From Chiloscyllium plagiosum (Eukaryota), in contig NC_057757.1 in assembly GCF_004010195.1 (NCBI RefSeq), positions 4,522,807-4,586,806 of the forward strand: a stretch of DNA of 64,000 bases, given 5' to 3'. A program made the translations under genes and the position numbers. The notes under the pieces were generated by a model. That model ran no database searches and had not been told where the DNA came from. It saw only the letters and a list, made by a program, of their open reading frames with translations. Below, piece by piece: positions 63,145-64,000 of the stretch. Positions within the stretch are counted from its first letter, which is position 1. Every line of letters starts with the position of its first letter.

Positions 63145-63640
63145 TTCTCTTCCGGACGGTGAGAGTGAAGATGCAAACCCGCTGCTGAGGACTTTGATGA
63201 AGAGTTGGTCAGGACCTCGGTCCAGCCCTTCTCTGAGCTAGTTTCGAACGAGGAAGGCAGCTGGGGAGTTGGGGTCTTCACCATTCCCTTCATCTGTAAA
63301 TGTCAATGAGGTTGGGCTGGGGTTTATCTCCACTGGGTTGGGTTGAGGTCAGTTGGGTGTTGGGCCTGAATTGACTTAAAGCTGTTTGTGTTTCTGTGGG
63401 ATAGGTGGAGGTGAACACCAGGGTGGGGGAAGGAGTTAGTTGGGTTGGGTTGAGTGAAGGTGGACTCCAGTTGGTTTCTGTATCGATGGTGGATGATGTA
63501 ATTGCATCTTGCTTGCTTAATAAACTATTCCTGCATCTCAAGCGACTCGTTGATGGTTTTTAGAATCTCCCAGGTCGACATTACAAACATATTTGTGCTT
63601 CACTCTCTTTATTCCTGAATACTGTCATAAACCAAGCAGC
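63145..63640. repeat. Second copy of the 49975-50470 segment
   Basis: See 49975-50470. Confidence 0.9.
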
Positions 63641-63784
63641 AACATCCAATGGGATTGGGATAACAAAGGCATTGGATCCATCAGGATCTGTGTCCATGTC
63701 TTAATGATGTGATACAATAACAGTCCGTTGGTGTCAGCATTGACAGTATCATCAACCCACTGGAACCAAAAGGGATCTGTGTTC

Positions 63785-64000
63785 GAGTAAAGTTCCCTCT
63801 ACACTATCCCCATCAAACACTCCCAGGGACAGGGACAGCACAGGGTTAGATACAGAGTAAAGCTCCCTCTACACTATCCCCATCAAACACTCCCACGAGA
63901 GGGACAGCACAGGGTTAGATACAGAGTAAAGCTCCCTCTACACTATCCCCATCAAACACTCCCAGGAAAAGGGACAGCACAGGGTTAGATACAGAGTAAA
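63785..64000. repeat. 69-70-bp tandem repeat running off the window end
   Basis: ACAGAGTAAAGCTCCCTCTACACTATCCCCATCAAACACTCCC..GGGACAGCACAGGGTTAGAT; ACAGAGTAAA at 63852, 63921, 63991. Confidence 0.95.

Overview
Vertebrate, repeat-rich genomic DNA, most likely from a shark or other elasmobranch: HE1-type tRNA-derived SINEs, CR1/HER1-type LINEs sharing their 3' tail, and a GPR139-like GPCR of the type expanded in cartilaginous fish. Gene content: (1) an open GPR139-like main exon on + (3942-4846) and a decayed paralog fragment (~8200-8735); (2) a six-coding-exon ZNF622 (Rei1 homolog) copy on - (11298-27493) with two frameshifts, two damaged splice sites and a lost zinc ligand, probably a duplicated, unprocessed pseudogene; (3) an unannotated candidate gene on + that the ORF track misses: CCAAT/CACCC/GATA/TATA promoter (52887-53042), a signal-peptide exon (MKYLCLFLLVSLMAVVMA) and at least three 18-21 nt phase-1 micro-exons encoding a Pro/Tyr/Gly-rich peptide. 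The rest is mostly retroelements (5' half of an L1, Tx1, CR1, Rex1/Babar-like, Penelope-like, solo-LTR-like), many Penelope terminal repeats with minimal hammerhead-ribozyme motifs, minisatellites, local duplications and two assembly gaps. All alignments and translations were done by eye; repeat boundaries are approximate.
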